The position numbers were made by a program, and so were the translations under genes. The notes under the pieces are model-generated. The model was given only the letters and a program-made list of their open reading frames with translations, was not told where the DNA came from and did no database searches. 64,000 nucleotides of DNA from an uncultured Eubacteriales bacterium (GTDB lineage Bacteria > Bacillota > Clostridia > Christensenellales > Borkfalkiaceae). The stretch is taken from NCBI GenBank assembly GCA_949288785.1, contig CASELQ010000002.1, positions 691 through 64,690 of the forward strand, written 5' to 3'. This document shows positions 1 to 10,631 of the stretch, in pieces; position 1 is the first letter of the stretch, and every line of letters starts with the position of its first letter.

Positions 1-1
1 T

Positions 2-1843
2 CCCGTGCCCGAAAACTTCGTTTCGGGGTACGAGGAACTTTTAAGCGACCTAAACTGCTGCTCAAAGCGCGGGCTTTCCGAGCGGTTCGATTCCACGATA
101 TGCGCGGGCACGGTACTGATGCCGTTCGGCGGAAAGTATCAGCAGACCCCCGCGCAGGCGATGGTGCAAAAGATTTCTATGGAAAACGCGCATACGGACG
201 ACTGTTCGTTTATGGCGTGGGGATATAATCCGTTCGTTACCGAAAAGAGCCCGTTTGCGGGCGCATATCTTGCGGTGGCGGAATCGGTTTCCAAACTCAT
301 TGCAAGCGGCGCGGATTTTAAGGACGTGTATCTTACCTTTCAGGAGTATTTCGAGCGGCCGGGCAAAGACCCCGCAAGGTGGGGCAAGCCGCTTGCAGCT
401 CTGCTCGGCGCGCTTAAAGCGCAAAGAGAGCTGGGCATTGCCGCGATAGGCGGAAAGGACTCCATGAGCGGAACCTTTGAAAACCTGGACGTGCCTCCCA
501 CACTAGTATCCTTTGCGGTTACCACGGGAAAGACGCGGGACGTTGTGTCCCCGGAGTTCAAGGCGGCGGGGCATAAGCTTTACCTCATTGCGCCGGAACC
601 TGACGGGAACGGTCTGCCAAAAGCGCAGTCCCTTACAGAATGTTTTGAAAAGGTAACCGCGCTTTTAAGGAGCAAAAAGGCGGTATCCGCTTACGCGCTC
701 GGCCCCGGCGGCATAGCGGAAGCGGCGTTCAAGTGCTGCATAGGCAACGGCATAGGCGTAAAGTTTAACGAAGATATATCCCTCGAAACGCTGTTCTCCC
801 TTAATTACGGCGCTTTTATAGTGGAAGCTGCCGGGGAAGAAAAATGCGGCGTCTGCGTCGGCGAAACGGCGGAAGATAAGACCGTTTCCCGCGGGAAAGA
901 GGTCATATCGCTTGACAAACTGCAAAAAATTTACGAAAATAAATTAGAGAGCGTTTATGCCTGCAACGTAGAGCAGGGAGAAGAAAAGATACCCACCGTA
1001 TCCTTTAAGGGCGGAAAGACCTTTAACGCCTATATAAAACACGCGAAACCGCGGGTGCTCATACCCGTATTCCACGGCACCAACTGCGAATACGATTCCA
1101 AAAAAGCCGTGGAGGACGCGGGCGCCCTGGCAGAGATATTCGTAATAAACAACCTTACGGCGGCGGGCGTGGAAAAAAGCGTGGAGCAGTTTGCAAAGAG
1201 CGTTTCAAACTCGCAGGTGATATTTATTCCGGGCGGTTTTTCCGGCGGGGACGAGCCGGACGGTTCGGGCAAGTTCATAACCGCGTTTTTAAGAAACCCC
1301 GCAGTAAAAGAGCAGGTTACCCGCCTGTTAAAGGAGCGGGACGGGCTTATGTGCGGCATATGCAACGGCTTCCAGGCGCTTATAAAGTTAGGACTCGTGC
1401 CATACGGGGAAATAAGGGATGCGGACGAACATTCGCCCACGCTCACGTTTAACACGATAGGCAGGCACCAGTCCCGCATAGTGGCAACGCGCGTGGCTAC
1501 CGACAACTCGCCCTGGCTTAAAGGCGTGAACGTAGGCGACGTTATTTACGTGCCGATATCTCACGGAGAGGGGCGGCTCATATGCGAAGATACGCTCATA
1601 AAAAAGCTTGCCGAAAACGGGCAGATTGCCACGCAGTACGTAGACCTTGCAGGCAACCCCACGAGCGACGTGCATTTTAACCCCAACAATTCGGTTTACG
1701 CGGCGGAAGGGCTTATCTCGCCGGACGGCAGGGTAATAGGCAAAATGGGGCATTCGGAGCGCGTAGGAAAAGGGCTTTATAAGAACGTGCCCGGAAACTA
1801 TGACCTTAAACTGTTTGAATCGGCGGTAAAATACTTTAAGTAA
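2..1843 (+). CDS. purL: phosphoribosylformylglycinamidine (FGAM) synthase, large single-chain form, C-terminal part (5' end outside window)
   Basis: The reading frame is open from the window edge. It has the AIR-synthase-like GGKDSMSG motif and a C-terminal class-I glutamine amidotransferase ([10 protein letters not shown] nucleophile Cys, PISHGEGR). Confidence 0.9.
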   Translation, partial: PVPENFVSGYEELLSDLNCCSKRGLSERFDSTICAGTVLMPFGGKYQQTPAQAMVQKISMENAHTDDCSFMAWGYNPFVTEKSPFAGAYLAVAESVSKLIASGADFKDVYLTFQEYFERPGKDPARWGKPLAALLGALKAQRELGIAAIGGKDSMSGTFENLDVPPTLVSFAVTTGKTRDVVSPEFKAAGHKLYLIAPEPDGNGLPKAQSLTECFEKVTALLRSKKAVSAYALGPGGIAEAAFKCCIGNGIGVKFNEDISLETLFSLNYGAFIVEAAGEEKCGVCVGETAEDKTVSRGKEVISLDKLQKIYENKLESVYACNVEQGEEKIPTVSFKGGKTFNAYIKHAKPRVLIPVFHGTNCEYDSKKAVEDAGALAEIFVINNLTAAGVEKSVEQFAKSVSNSQVIFIPGGFSGGDEPDGSGKFITAFLRNPAVKEQVTRLLKERDGLMCGICNGFQALIKLGLVPYGEIRDADEHSPTLTFNTIGRHQSRIVATRVATDNSPWLKGVNVGDVIYVPISHGEGRLICEDTLIKKLAENGQIATQYVDLAGNPTSDVHFNPNNSVYAAEGLISPDGRVIGKMGHSERVGKGLYKNVPGNYDLKLFESAVKYFK

Positions 1844-1859
1844 TAAAAGGGAAAATAAA

Positions 1860-3536
1860 ATGCATTTATCCGACATAGAGATAGCGCAGCGCACGAAACT
1901 GCTGCCCGTAAGCGAAGTGGCGCGCCGCGCGGGAATAGAAGAGCGGTACTTAGAGCCTTACGGCAAATACAAGGCTAAAATAGACCTTTCCTTTTTGTCT
2001 GACCGCGGGGAAGTTAAAAAGGGCAAGCTCGTGCTGGTTACCGCAATAACCCCCACCCCCGCGGGCGAGGGCAAGACCACCACCACGATAGGGCTTGCGG
2101 ACGGGCTTAAAAGGATAGGCAAAAAAGTTGCCGTTGCCATAAGGGAACCCTCGTTAGGGCCGGTGTTCGGCATAAAGGGCGGCGCGACTGGCGGCGGATA
2201 CGCCCAGGTGGCGCCCATGGAGGATATAAACCTGCATTTTACGGGCGATTTTCACGCAATAAGCGCGGCAAACAATCTGCTCTGCGCAATGGTGGATAAC
2301 CATATTCACCAGGGCAACGAACTGAATATAGACCCTTCGAGCATAACTGTAAGGCGGGCGGTGGACATGAACGACCGCCAGTTAAGAAATATCGTGGACG
2401 GGCTGGGCGGAAAATCAAACGGCACCCCGCGGGAAGACGGGTTCGACATAACCGTTGCAAGCGAGGTGATGGCGATATTCTGCTTATCCGAAAACCTTGC
2501 CGACTTAAAGCGGCGGCTTGCCCGTATGGTAATAGGTTACGACAGGGGCGGCAGTCCCGTAACCTGCGGAATGTTAAAGGCGCACGGCGCAATGTGCGCG
2601 CTTTTAAAAGACGCGTTAAAGCCCAACCTTGTGCAGACGTTGGAGGGTACGCCCGCCGTCGTGCACGGGGGACCCTTTGCAAATATTGCCCACGGCTGCA
2701 ATTCGGTCATAGCCACGCGCACGGCAATGCTGCTCGGCGATTATGCGGTAACGGAGGCGGGTTTCGGCGCCGACCTCGGCGCGGAAAAGTTTCTGGACAT
2801 AAAGTGCCGCACGGCGGGGCTTGTTCCTTCCTGTGCGGTGGTGGTTGCCACCGTGCGCGCCCTTAAAATGCACGGCGGCGTGCCTAAGGAAAAACTTGCC
2901 GAGCCGGATGCCGCGGCGCTTAGGGAAGGGCTTCCCAACCTCATGAGGCACGTCCATAATATAAAAGACGTATACGGGCTGCCGTGCGCGGTGGCGGTAA
3001 ACAAATTCCCAACCGATACCCGCGAAGAACTGAACGCCGTGGTAGAGGCATGCGAAAAAGCCGGCGTGAAAGCCGTTGTCTCTTCGGTATGGGAAGACGG
3101 CGGCAAGGGCGGCGAGGCGCTTGCAAGAGAGGTGGTGCGCCTTTGTGGTTGCGGCGAAAGTAAGTTTACCTTTGCCTACCGCACGGAGGACGGCATAGAA
3201 AAAAAGATAAACGACGTGGCAATAAAGATATACGGCGGCAAAGGCGCGGAGTTTACGCCCGCCGCAAAAAAACAGGCGGAAAAACTTACTTCGCTCGGGT
3301 TCGGCGACCTTCCCGTATGTATAGCCAAGACGCAGTACAGTTTTTCGGATAACCCAAAGCTTATCTGTGCGCCGGAGAATTTTACCATAACCGTAAAAAG
3401 CCTTAAAGTTTCCGCGGGTGCGGGGTTTATAGTGGCGCTCACCGGGGATATAATGACCATGCCGGGGCTGCCCAAAGCGCCTGCCGCCGAAAAAATAGAC
3501 GTGGATGAAAACGGGCTTATTACCGGGCTGTTTTAA
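1860..3536 (+). CDS. fhs: formate--tetrahydrofolate ligase
   Basis: 558 aa with the family P-loop [16 protein letters not shown]. Length and overall pattern are typical of FTHFS, and AAGGGA lies upstream of the ATG. Confidence 0.93.
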   Translation: MHLSDIEIAQRTKLLPVSEVARRAGIEERYLEPYGKYKAKIDLSFLSDRGEVKKGKLVLVTAITPTPAGEGKTTTTIGLADGLKRIGKKVAVAIREPSLGPVFGIKGGATGGGYAQVAPMEDINLHFTGDFHAISAANNLLCAMVDNHIHQGNELNIDPSSITVRRAVDMNDRQLRNIVDGLGGKSNGTPREDGFDITVASEVMAIFCLSENLADLKRRLARMVIGYDRGGSPVTCGMLKAHGAMCALLKDALKPNLVQTLEGTPAVVHGGPFANIAHGCNSVIATRTAMLLGDYAVTEAGFGADLGAEKFLDIKCRTAGLVPSCAVVVATVRALKMHGGVPKEKLAEPDAAALREGLPNLMRHVHNIKDVYGLPCAVAVNKFPTDTREELNAVVEACEKAGVKAVVSSVWEDGGKGGEALAREVVRLCGCGESKFTFAYRTEDGIEKKINDVAIKIYGGKGAEFTPAAKKQAEKLTSLGFGDLPVCIAKTQYSFSDNPKLICAPENFTITVKSLKVSAGAGFIVALTGDIMTMPGLPKAPAAEKIDVDENGLITGLF

Positions 3537-3609
3537 TATCGCCCGCTTTAAAAACCCGCAAAGCACATAAATAAACAAAATTACCGCTATACCGTAAAAA
3601 GGAGAAAAA

Positions 3610-5115
3610 ATGGCAAAGTACATAAACGAACCTTCGCACACTTTTAACGAATACCTGCTTATACCGGGGTATTCTTCCGCGCAGGCAATACCCGCGAACG
3701 TGAGCTTAAAAACGCCGCTCGTAAGGTATAAAAAGGGTGAAGAACCCGCTATCAGCATGAATATTCCCATGGTTTCCGCCATAATGCAGTCGGTTTCCGG
3801 GGATAAGCTTGCCATTGCGCTTGCAAGGGAAGGGGGCGTTTCATTTATATACGGTTCGCAGTCCGTGGAGGACGAGGCCGCCATGGTCGCCCGCGCTAAA
3901 AATTACAAGGCGGGCTTCGTGAGGAGCGATTCCAACATCTCGCCCGAAGATACGCTGGCGGACATAATAGCGCTTAAAGAGCGCACGGGGCATTCCACCG
4001 TGGCGGTTACCGAAGACGGCACGGAGGGCGGCAGGCTTTTAGGCATTGTAACCAGCCGCGATTACAGGGTGAGCCGCATGAGCCCGGACGTTAAAGTAAA
4101 GGAGTTCATGACGCCTTTTAATAAGCTCATCACCGCGCCCGAGGGCATTACATTAAAAGAGGCGAACGACATTATATGGGATAATAAACTCAATTCCCTG
4201 CCCATAATAAACAAAGAGCAAAAACTTTGCTATTTCGTGTTCAGAAAAGACTATGATTCGCATAAGGCAAACCCCGCCGAACTTTTAGACGGTAAAAAGC
4301 GTTACGTAATAGGCGCCGGCATAAACACGCGGGACTATGCAGAGAGGGTGCCCGCGCTTGTGGATGCGGGGGCGGACGTGCTGTGCATAGACTCTTCCGA
4401 AGGGTTTTCCGAATGGCAGAAAATAACGCTTAACTGGATAAGGGAAAAGTACGGCGACTCGGTAAAGGTGGGCGCCGGCAACGTGGTGGACGCGGAAGGT
4501 TTCAGGTTTTTGGCGGACTGCGGGGCGGACTTTGTAAAGGTGGGAATAGGCGGCGGCTCCATATGTATCACCAGGGAGACCAAGGGTATAGGCAGGGGGC
4601 AGGCCACCGCGCTCATAGAAGTGTGCAGAGAGCGGGACAAGTATTTTGAAGAAACGGGTATTTACGTGCCCGTGTGTTCGGACGGCGGAATAGTTTACGA
4701 CCATCATATCACCTTAGCGCTTGCCATGGGGGCGGACTTTGTTATGCTGGGCAGATACTTTGCCCGCTTTGACGAAAGCCCCACGAACAAGGTGATTATC
4801 GGCGGCAACTACTTTAAGGAATATTGGGGCGAGGGCTCTCAGCGTGCGCGCAACTGGCAGCGTTACGATTTAGGCGGCGAGAAAAAGCTTTCCTTTGAGG
4901 AGGGTGTGGATTCATACGTGCCCTATGCCGGAAAGTTAAAGGACAACGTGGCTATTACTCTGAGTAAAGTAAAATCTACCATGTGCAACTGCGGGGCGCT
5001 TACCATAAGGGAATTACAGCAAAAGGCGAAAATAACGCTCGTTTCCGCCACAAGCATTGTGGAGGGCGGCGCGCACGACGTTATCCCCAAAGAAAAGACC
5101 CAGACCATAAAATAA
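3610..5115 (+). CDS. guaB: IMP dehydrogenase (IMPDH/GMPR family with CBS pair)
   Basis: 501 aa with the catalytic Cys loop [13 protein letters not shown], a CBS-pair insert ([11 protein letters not shown]) and a TIM-barrel pattern. A strong AAGGAG RBS is present. The N-terminus is of the YLLIPGYSS type rather than TFDDVLL. Confidence 0.8.
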   Translation: MAKYINEPSHTFNEYLLIPGYSSAQAIPANVSLKTPLVRYKKGEEPAISMNIPMVSAIMQSVSGDKLAIALAREGGVSFIYGSQSVEDEAAMVARAKNYKAGFVRSDSNISPEDTLADIIALKERTGHSTVAVTEDGTEGGRLLGIVTSRDYRVSRMSPDVKVKEFMTPFNKLITAPEGITLKEANDIIWDNKLNSLPIINKEQKLCYFVFRKDYDSHKANPAELLDGKKRYVIGAGINTRDYAERVPALVDAGADVLCIDSSEGFSEWQKITLNWIREKYGDSVKVGAGNVVDAEGFRFLADCGADFVKVGIGGGSICITRETKGIGRGQATALIEVCRERDKYFEETGIYVPVCSDGGIVYDHHITLALAMGADFVMLGRYFARFDESPTNKVIIGGNYFKEYWGEGSQRARNWQRYDLGGEKKLSFEEGVDSYVPYAGKLKDNVAITLSKVKSTMCNCGALTIRELQQKAKITLVSATSIVEGGAHDVIPKEKTQTIK

Positions 5116-5259
5116 AGTTTTCTGTAAATAACGGGCAGGCTTAAAATAATTAAAAGCCGTGCAGGTATTAAAGATAAAAGTACAGTAAGTATAAATACAA
5201 GGCGTAAAAACTAATACAGTCAGTATTTACGCGGACAAAGTAAGTATAGATAAAGGCTT

Positions 5260-5297
5260 TTCCTTTCCCCGCGCGGCAATCCGCGCGGGGAAAGGAA
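5260..5297. terminator. perfect 17-bp GC-rich hairpin downstream of guaB (terminator-like, no 3' T-tract on + strand)
   Basis: The sequence reads TTCCTTTCCCCGCGCGG-CAAT-CCGCGCGGGGAAAGGAA and is followed by CAAAAAAAT. Confidence 0.5.
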
Positions 5298-5340
5298 CAA
5301 AAAAATATATCCGCAGAAAAAATATTTACGGCAAAGTTTA

Positions 5341-5369
5341 TTGCAAAATTCGCCCTTACGGTGTAAAAT
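5341..5369 (+). promoter_or_regulatory. sigma-A-like promoter upstream of pyrC
   Basis: TTGCAA, a 17-nt spacer, then TAAAAT, located 54 nt upstream of the pyrC ATG. Confidence 0.4.
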
Positions 5370-5422
5370 AGTATCCGGGCGAAAATAAGATAAACCGCAG
5401 CAGGGGCAGCCAAAAGAGAAAT

Positions 5423-6643
5423 ATGGAAAAAATAAGAGCAGAAAAACTTAAAGATTACGCTGAACAAGCACTTAGTACGGAGAGCGTTTTCCGTTCTCCG
5501 GACCTTGCTTTTTCAAAAAACGGTCTTGCTGTTTTTCCCGGTTTTTGCGACGTTCATGTGCATTTGCGAGAACCGGGTTTTTTTTATAAAGAGAGCATAA
5601 AGAGCGGCACCCGCGCGGCGGCGCGCGGCGGGTTCACGGCGGTGTGCGCAATGCCCAACTTAAACCCCGTGCCGGACAGTCCCGAAAACCTTTTGCCCGA
5701 GCAGAGCATAATAGAAAGGGACGCGGTTATAAACGTGTATCCTTACGGGGCTATAACCCGGGACGAAAAGGGGGAAGAGCTCTCCGATATGGCGGGGCTT
5801 GCTCCCTCCGTTATAGCTTTTAGCGATGACGGGAGGGGCGTTCAGAACGCCGATATCATGCGCCGCGCCATGCTTAAAGCCAAGTCCCTCGGCAAGATAA
5901 TTGCCGCCCATTGCGAAGATAATACCCTGCTTTCGGGCGGATATATCCACAAGGGGGAATATGCAAAAAGATACGGGCACGCGGGGATATCCTCGGAGAG
6001 CGAATATAATCAGATAGAGCGGGACATAGCGCTTTTAAGGGAAACGGGCGCGGCATATCACGTGTGCCACGTTTCCGCAAAGGAGAGCGTGGAAATAATT
6101 CGCCGCGCCAAAAAGGAGGGGTTTAACGTAACGTGCGAAACGGCGCCCCATTATCTCGTGTTTTCGGACGATATGCTCCTTGATGACGGGCGGTTTAAAA
6201 TGAACCCGCCCATCCGCGGCAGGGCGGACAGGGAAGCCCTTATAGCGGGCATTGCGGACGGCACCATTGATATGATTGCCACCGACCACGCTCCCCATTC
6301 GGCGGAGGAAAAGAGCAGGGGTTTAAAGGGCAGCCTTATGGGAGTAACCGGGCTGGAAGCGGCTTTCCCCGCACTCTATACGCACCTTGTAAAGCCTGGG
6401 ATAATAAGCCTTGAAAAACTTATAGAGTTAATGTGCCTAAACCCGCGCAGGCGGTTCGGCATACCTTTAAGCGAAGATTATTCGGTGTGGGATTTGTCCG
6501 CCGAAAGAGAGGTAGACCCCGCGGAGTTTTTATCAAAGGGTAAAAGCACGCCCTTTGCGGGCATGCGCCTATTAGGGGAAAACCTCATTACGGTATGCGG
6601 CGGAAAGACGGTGTACCTCAACAAAGACAGGGTTTCGGAATAG
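5423..6643 (+). CDS. pyrC: dihydroorotase
   Basis: Metal-binding DVHVHLREPG, CAMPN, HVSAKES and the ATDHAPH motif are present. The N-terminal ~35 aa are atypical or short compared with classical PyrC. Confidence 0.9.
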   Translation: MEKIRAEKLKDYAEQALSTESVFRSPDLAFSKNGLAVFPGFCDVHVHLREPGFFYKESIKSGTRAAARGGFTAVCAMPNLNPVPDSPENLLPEQSIIERDAVINVYPYGAITRDEKGEELSDMAGLAPSVIAFSDDGRGVQNADIMRRAMLKAKSLGKIIAAHCEDNTLLSGGYIHKGEYAKRYGHAGISSESEYNQIERDIALLRETGAAYHVCHVSAKESVEIIRRAKKEGFNVTCETAPHYLVFSDDMLLDDGRFKMNPPIRGRADREALIAGIADGTIDMIATDHAPHSAEEKSRGLKGSLMGVTGLEAAFPALYTHLVKPGIISLEKLIELMCLNPRRRFGIPLSEDYSVWDLSAEREVDPAEFLSKGKSTPFAGMRLLGENLITVCGGKTVYLNKDRVSE

Positions 6644-6696
6644 AAAACGAAAATAAAAACATAAAACAGCAAAAATTTTTACGGGAGAATATAGTT

Positions 6697-9600
6697 ATGG
6701 CAAAGAGAACGGATATTAAAAAGATACTTATAATAGGTTCCGGCCCCATAGTCATAGGGCAGGCTGCGGAATTCGACTATGCCGGCACTCAGGCGTGCCT
6801 TGCCTTAAAAGAAGAGGGGTACGAAGTGGTGCTTGTAAACTCCAACCCCGCCACCATAATGACGGATACCAGCATTGCGGACAAGGTGTATATGGAGCCG
6901 CTTACCCTGGAATACGTTGCAAAAATTCTGCGGTTCGAGCGGCCGGACGCAATAGTGCCCGGCATAGGCGGGCAGACGGGGCTTAACCTTGCCATGCAGC
7001 TCGAGAAAAAAGGGGTACTTAAAGAATGCGGAGTGGAACTTTTGGGTACCGACAGCACGAGTATAGAACGGGCGGAGGACAGAGAGCTGTTTAAAGAACT
7101 GTGCATTTCCATAGGCGAGCCCGTCATCCCCTCCGAAATAACCTATTCTCTTGAAGAGGCGCAAGCTGCGGCAAAGCGGATAGGCTATCCCGTGGTGCTG
7201 CGCCCGGCGTTCACGTTAGGCGGCACGGGCGGCGGCTTTGCCGATAACGAAGAGGAACTTACCGACATTGCAATAAACGCATTTAAACTTTCTCCCGTGC
7301 ATCAGGTGCTCGTGGAAAAGAGCGTTAAGGGCTATAAAGAGATAGAGTTCGAGGTCATGCGCGATTCCACCGACAAGGCGATAACGATATGCGGCATGGA
7401 AAACGTGGACCCGGTGGGCGTGCACACGGGGGACAGCATAGTGGTTGCTCCCATTATGTCTTTGAACCCGCACGACCTTAAAATGCTGAACGACAGTGCG
7501 TTGAAGATTATAAAAGCCCTTAAAATAGAGGGCGGGTGCAACGTGCAGTTCGCGCTCAATCCTGAAAGCAGCGAGTATTACCTTATAGAGGTAAATCCGC
7601 GCGTGTCGCGCTCTTCGGCGCTTGCAAGCAAGGCGAGCGGCTACCCCATAGCAAGAGTTACCGCCAAGATTGCCGTGGGGATGACGCTCGGCGAGATAAA
7701 GATTGCCAACACCACGGCGGAGTTCGAGCCGTCGCTCGATTACGTGGTGGCAAAGTTCCCGCGTTTCCCGTTCGATAAATTCGCGCAGGCAACCAATAAA
7801 CTGGGAACCCAGATGAAGGCGACCGGCGAGGTGATGGGCATAGGTTCCACGTTAGAGGAGTGCATGCTTAAATCGGTGCGTTCGCTGGAAACGGGCGTGT
7901 GCCACCTTTATCTTCCCAAGTTTGCCGATATGCCTACGGACAAGATAAAAGAATATCTTAAAGATTTCAGGGACGATTATATGTACGCCTGCGCCGAACT
8001 TATCCGCCGCGGCGTTTCGGTAAAGGAACTGCACGAGATAACCGCCGTAACCGAAGTGTTTTTGGAAGCGGTGGAAAGAATAGTGCAGATGGAAAATATC
8101 CTCAAAGAACACCCGAAAGACGTTAAGAGGCTGCTTGCCGCAAAAACGCTGGGCTTTTCCGATAAATATATAGGAAAACTCTGGAACATGCCCGAAATCG
8201 AGGTATTTGCCATGAGGAAAAAGGAGGGCATATTCCCCTATTACAGGATGGTGGATACCTGCCACACGGGCGCATATATCCCGTACTTTTACTCTTCGTA
8301 TATAGGCAGCACCCAATCCCGCCTGTCGGATAAGAAAAAAATCGTGGTGCTGGGCGCCGGCCCTATACGTATAGGGCAGGGCGTGGAGTTCGACTATTCC
8401 ACCGTGCACGCCGTTACCACGATAAAAAACACGGGGTACGAGGCTATAATAATAAACAACAACCCGGAGACCGTTTCCACCGACTACACCACGGCTGATA
8501 AACTGTATTTCGAGCCGCTCACCGCGGAAGACGTGATGAACATAATAGAGTTCGAAAAGCCGGAAGGGGTGATAGCCTCTCTCGGCGGGCAGACGGCAAT
8601 AAATCTTGCTCAGCCCCTCTATGACCGCGGCGTAAAGATAATCGGCACCGACTGTCAGGCGATAGAGCGCGCCGAGAACAGGGACGCGTTTGAAAAGATC
8701 TTAAAAGAACTCAATATCCCGCAGCCGGAGGGCAGGGCGGTTACCCGCATAGAGGACGGGGTGAAAGCCGCCGCCGAGATAGGCTATCCCGTGCTGGTGC
8801 GCCCCTCGTTCGTGCTGGGCGGCAGGGCGATGCAGATAGTTGCGGATGAAAAGCAGCTCCGCCATTACCTTAAAACCGCCGTGGAGATTGACGAGGACAA
8901 GCCCGTGCTGGTGGATAAGTATATAGTGGGCAAAGAGGTGGAAGTAGACGCCATTTGCGACGGAAGGGACGTGTTTGTTCCGGGCATAATGGAACTCGTG
9001 GAGCGCACGGGCATCCATTCCGGGGACTCAATAAGCGTGTATCCCTCTTTCAGCATATCCGACAAAGTGAAGGGCACCATACTCGGCTACGCCAAAAAAC
9101 TGGGGCTGGGGATAGGCATTATAGGTTTATATAATATTCAGTTTATAGTTGACAGGGATGAAAAGGTGTTTATAATAGAAGTAAACCCCCGTTCTTCCCG
9201 CACGGTGCCGTTCTTATCCAAGGCCACGGGTTACAGTTTGGCGGACATAGCCACCGAGGTGATAATGGGTAAGTCCTTAAAAGAGCAGGGGATATTCGAC
9301 CTGTACCCGGAGGAGAAAAAGCGCTGGTACGTAAAGGTGCCCGTGTTCTCGTTCAATAAAATCCGCGGGCTGGACGCATATCTTTCCCCCGAAATGAAAT
9401 CTACCGGGGAGGCGATAGGGTATGACGATAAATTGAACCGCGCTCTTTACAAGGCGTTGCAGGCCTCCGGCATGAAACTGCAAAATTACGGCACGGTGCT
9501 GGTAACGGTTGCGGATAAGGATAAAGAGGAGGCGCTGCCCCTCATACGTCGGTTTTATAACCTCGGTTTCAATATTCAGGCTACGCGCGGCACGGGCGAA

Positions 9601-9873
9601 TTTTTAAAGAAGAACGGCATACGCACCCATATACTTAAAAAGATAAGCGAAGGTAGCGAAGAAATTCCGCAGGCGATACGGCAGGGGCACCTTGCCTATA
9701 TAATAAACACCGGCAATATAGCGGGGTCTGAAACGGCCGTGCACGACGGGCACGAGATAAGAAAACTCGCCACCGAAAACAACGTGAATATATTCACTTC
9801 GCTTGACACGGTGGATAAGCTTTTGGACGTGCTTGAAGATATAACCCTGTGCATCTCCACGATAGACGCGTAA
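6697..9873 (+). CDS. carB: carbamoyl-phosphate synthase large subunit (pyrimidine-cluster copy)
   Basis: The start is set at the ATG of MAKRTDIKKILIIGSGPIVIGQAAEFDYAG. The duplicated ATP-grasp halves are present (second half LGAGPIRIGQGVEFDYS), with a C-terminal MGS-like domain. The upstream in-frame extension in the ORF track overlaps pyrC. Confidence 0.95.
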   Translation: MAKRTDIKKILIIGSGPIVIGQAAEFDYAGTQACLALKEEGYEVVLVNSNPATIMTDTSIADKVYMEPLTLEYVAKILRFERPDAIVPGIGGQTGLNLAMQLEKKGVLKECGVELLGTDSTSIERAEDRELFKELCISIGEPVIPSEITYSLEEAQAAAKRIGYPVVLRPAFTLGGTGGGFADNEEELTDIAINAFKLSPVHQVLVEKSVKGYKEIEFEVMRDSTDKAITICGMENVDPVGVHTGDSIVVAPIMSLNPHDLKMLNDSALKIIKALKIEGGCNVQFALNPESSEYYLIEVNPRVSRSSALASKASGYPIARVTAKIAVGMTLGEIKIANTTAEFEPSLDYVVAKFPRFPFDKFAQATNKLGTQMKATGEVMGIGSTLEECMLKSVRSLETGVCHLYLPKFADMPTDKIKEYLKDFRDDYMYACAELIRRGVSVKELHEITAVTEVFLEAVERIVQMENILKEHPKDVKRLLAAKTLGFSDKYIGKLWNMPEIEVFAMRKKEGIFPYYRMVDTCHTGAYIPYFYSSYIGSTQSRLSDKKKIVVLGAGPIRIGQGVEFDYSTVHAVTTIKNTGYEAIIINNNPETVSTDYTTADKLYFEPLTAEDVMNIIEFEKPEGVIASLGGQTAINLAQPLYDRGVKIIGTDCQAIERAENRDAFEKILKELNIPQPEGRAVTRIEDGVKAAAEIGYPVLVRPSFVLGGRAMQIVADEKQLRHYLKTAVEIDEDKPVLVDKYIVGKEVEVDAICDGRDVFVPGIMELVERTGIHSGDSISVYPSFSISDKVKGTILGYAKKLGLGIGIIGLYNIQFIVDRDEKVFIIEVNPRSSRTVPFLSKATGYSLADIATEVIMGKSLKEQGIFDLYPEEKKRWYVKVPVFSFNKIRGLDAYLSPEMKSTGEAIGYDDKLNRALYKALQASGMKLQNYGTVLVTVADKDKEEALPLIRRFYNLGFNIQATRGTGEFLKKNGIRTHILKKISEGSEEIPQAIRQGHLAYIINTGNIAGSETAVHDGHEIRKLATENNVNIFTSLDTVDKLLDVLEDITLCISTIDA

Positions 9874-9896
9874 AATCGGGGCGGCAAGAGGCTGAT

Positions 9897-10631
9897 ATGA
9901 AAAACGGGATATATCCTATAATTTCCAACGAAAAGATAGCGGAAAACGTATTTAAGTTAAACTTGGCGGGGGATTTTTCCTCCGCTAAGCCGGGGCAGTT
10001 TGCAAACCTTAAACTAAGCGGCTTTTATTTAAGGCGCCCCCTTTCCGTGCACCATGCGGACGGAGAGAAACTCTCTTTAATATATAAAGTTGTGGGGAAG
10101 GGCACCGAGCACCTCAGCGGCTTAAAGGCGGGCGATATAGATACGCTGTGGGACCTTGGCAACGGGTACGACCTTTCCGCCGCGGGGGAATATCCTCTGC
10201 TTATAGGCGGGGGCGCGGGCGTGCCGCCCCTCTGCTTTCTTGCCGAGCGGCTTGTGGCGGCGGGCAAAAAGGTGAGCGCGGTGATAGGCTTTAACCGCAA
10301 AGAAGAAGTCTTTTGCGAAGAGGAATTAAAAGCCCTCGGCGTGAAAGTAACGGTAACCACGGCGGACGGTTCGTTCGGCGTAAAGGGCTTTGTTACGGAC
10401 GCGCTGCCCGAAAAATATTCTTACGTTTATACCTGCGGCCCCGAACCCATGCTGAAAGCGGTATACGGCGCGATAACCACCGGCGGGGATTTTTCGTTCG
10501 AGGAGCGTATGGGCTGCGGGTTCGGCGCGTGCATGGGGTGCTCCTGCAAAACGGTAACGGGCTATAAGCGGATATGCAAAGAGGGGCCCGTGCTCAAAAA
10601 GGAGGAAATACTGTGGCGGATACAAGGGTGA
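9897..10631 (+). CDS. pyrK: dihydroorotate dehydrogenase (class 1B) electron-transfer subunit
   Basis: FAD/NAD-binding fold with a C-terminal 2Fe-2S motif CGFGACMGCSC. An AAGAGG RBS precedes the ATG at 9897. Confidence 0.9.
   Translation: MKNGIYPIISNEKIAENVFKLNLAGDFSSAKPGQFANLKLSGFYLRRPLSVHHADGEKLSLIYKVVGKGTEHLSGLKAGDIDTLWDLGNGYDLSAAGEYPLLIGGGAGVPPLCFLAERLVAAGKKVSAVIGFNRKEEVFCEEELKALGVKVTVTTADGSFGVKGFVTDALPEKYSYVYTCGPEPMLKAVYGAITTGGDFSFEERMGCGFGACMGCSCKTVTGYKRICKEGPVLKKEEILWRIQG

Noticed and set aside
2616-3884. A 422-aa ORF on the minus strand, opposite fhs and the start of guaB.
   Set aside because: It lies entirely antisense to two well-supported genes and spans their intergenic spacer. 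It has an Arg/Gly/Ala/Phe-rich low-complexity composition and no recognisable motif or RBS. This is a typical shadow ORF of GC3-biased coding DNA.
6595-6696. N-terminal extensions in ORF-track starts. Affected genes are carB (6595), pyrK (9849), pyrD (10574), pyrE (12194), SIS (18716), yicC (26270), ilvB (38694), ilvN (40261), argG (46416), argH (47570), argD (52268), argF (53440) and carA (54704).
   Set aside because: The extensions overlap the preceding gene or run through promoter or leader DNA. They encode Arg-rich junk and lack an RBS. In each case an internal ATG, GTG or TTG with a proper SD reproduces the canonical family N-terminus.
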